Shown here in pieces: positions 63,745-64,000 of a stretch of DNA of 64,000 nucleotides. Origin of the DNA: Octopus sinensis. Taxonomy: Eukaryota. Both the position numbers and the translations under genes were made by a program. The notes under the pieces were generated by a model. That model was not told where the DNA came from and ran no database searches. It worked only from the letters and a program-made list of their open reading frames with translations. Within the stretch, counting starts at the first letter, position 1. Each line of letters opens with the position of its first letter. Location: assembly GCF_006345805.1 (NCBI RefSeq), contig NC_043008.1:17546001-17610000 (forward strand), in the 5' to 3' direction.

Positions 63745-64000
63745 TCTGAACAACAACATTTTCATCTTTCGACGAGCGCTGATTTTTTTCTGGTAAACAT
63801 TAATATAAGACAAGTAAATAAGATTCTTGCACCTCAAAATTATTTTTCTGCATCTCTATGGATGTTTGACTGTTCTGGAAGACTTTTCTGCTTAAAAACT
63901 TGCAAACTTAATAGAATATAAGATATGTAAACTTAATAGAATATAAGATATGTAAATAAGTAGTAATTTTCAAGTCATAAAATAAAAATATTGTCTACTG

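Overview
AT-rich eukaryotic genomic DNA, dense in microsatellites and retroelements. The SINE families, the (TA)n/(TATG)n load and the molluscan-type insulin point to a cephalopod, most likely Octopus (inferred, not verified). Only one host protein-coding gene is supported: an intronless molluscan insulin-related peptide (5229-5618, +) with two extra cysteines. Positions 1-4746 are a head-to-tail array of a ~1.74-kb non-LTR element encoding only an ORF1/Gag-like protein (one CCHC knuckle, no reverse transcriptase). The array abuts the first ~25 nt of a tRNA-derived SINE head and shares its 3' tail with that SINE family. At least three families of minimal hammerhead ribozymes of the Penelope-like-element type are visible: a tandem pair 586 nt apart (retrozyme-like, 31.3-32.3 kb), a compact near-canonical one at 46.73 kb, and one in the tail of a tRNA-headed SINE (20.0-20.5 kb and 40.2-40.5 kb). 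The rest is a 5'-truncated CR1 LINE, a 5'-inverted RTE LINE, older decayed RTE/CR1 remnants, a Helentron-like insertion, about 30 SINE copies and long simple repeats. Most ORF-track entries are microsatellite or antisense artefacts. Repeat boundaries were read by eye and are approximate to roughly 10-20 bp unless a junction is quoted.
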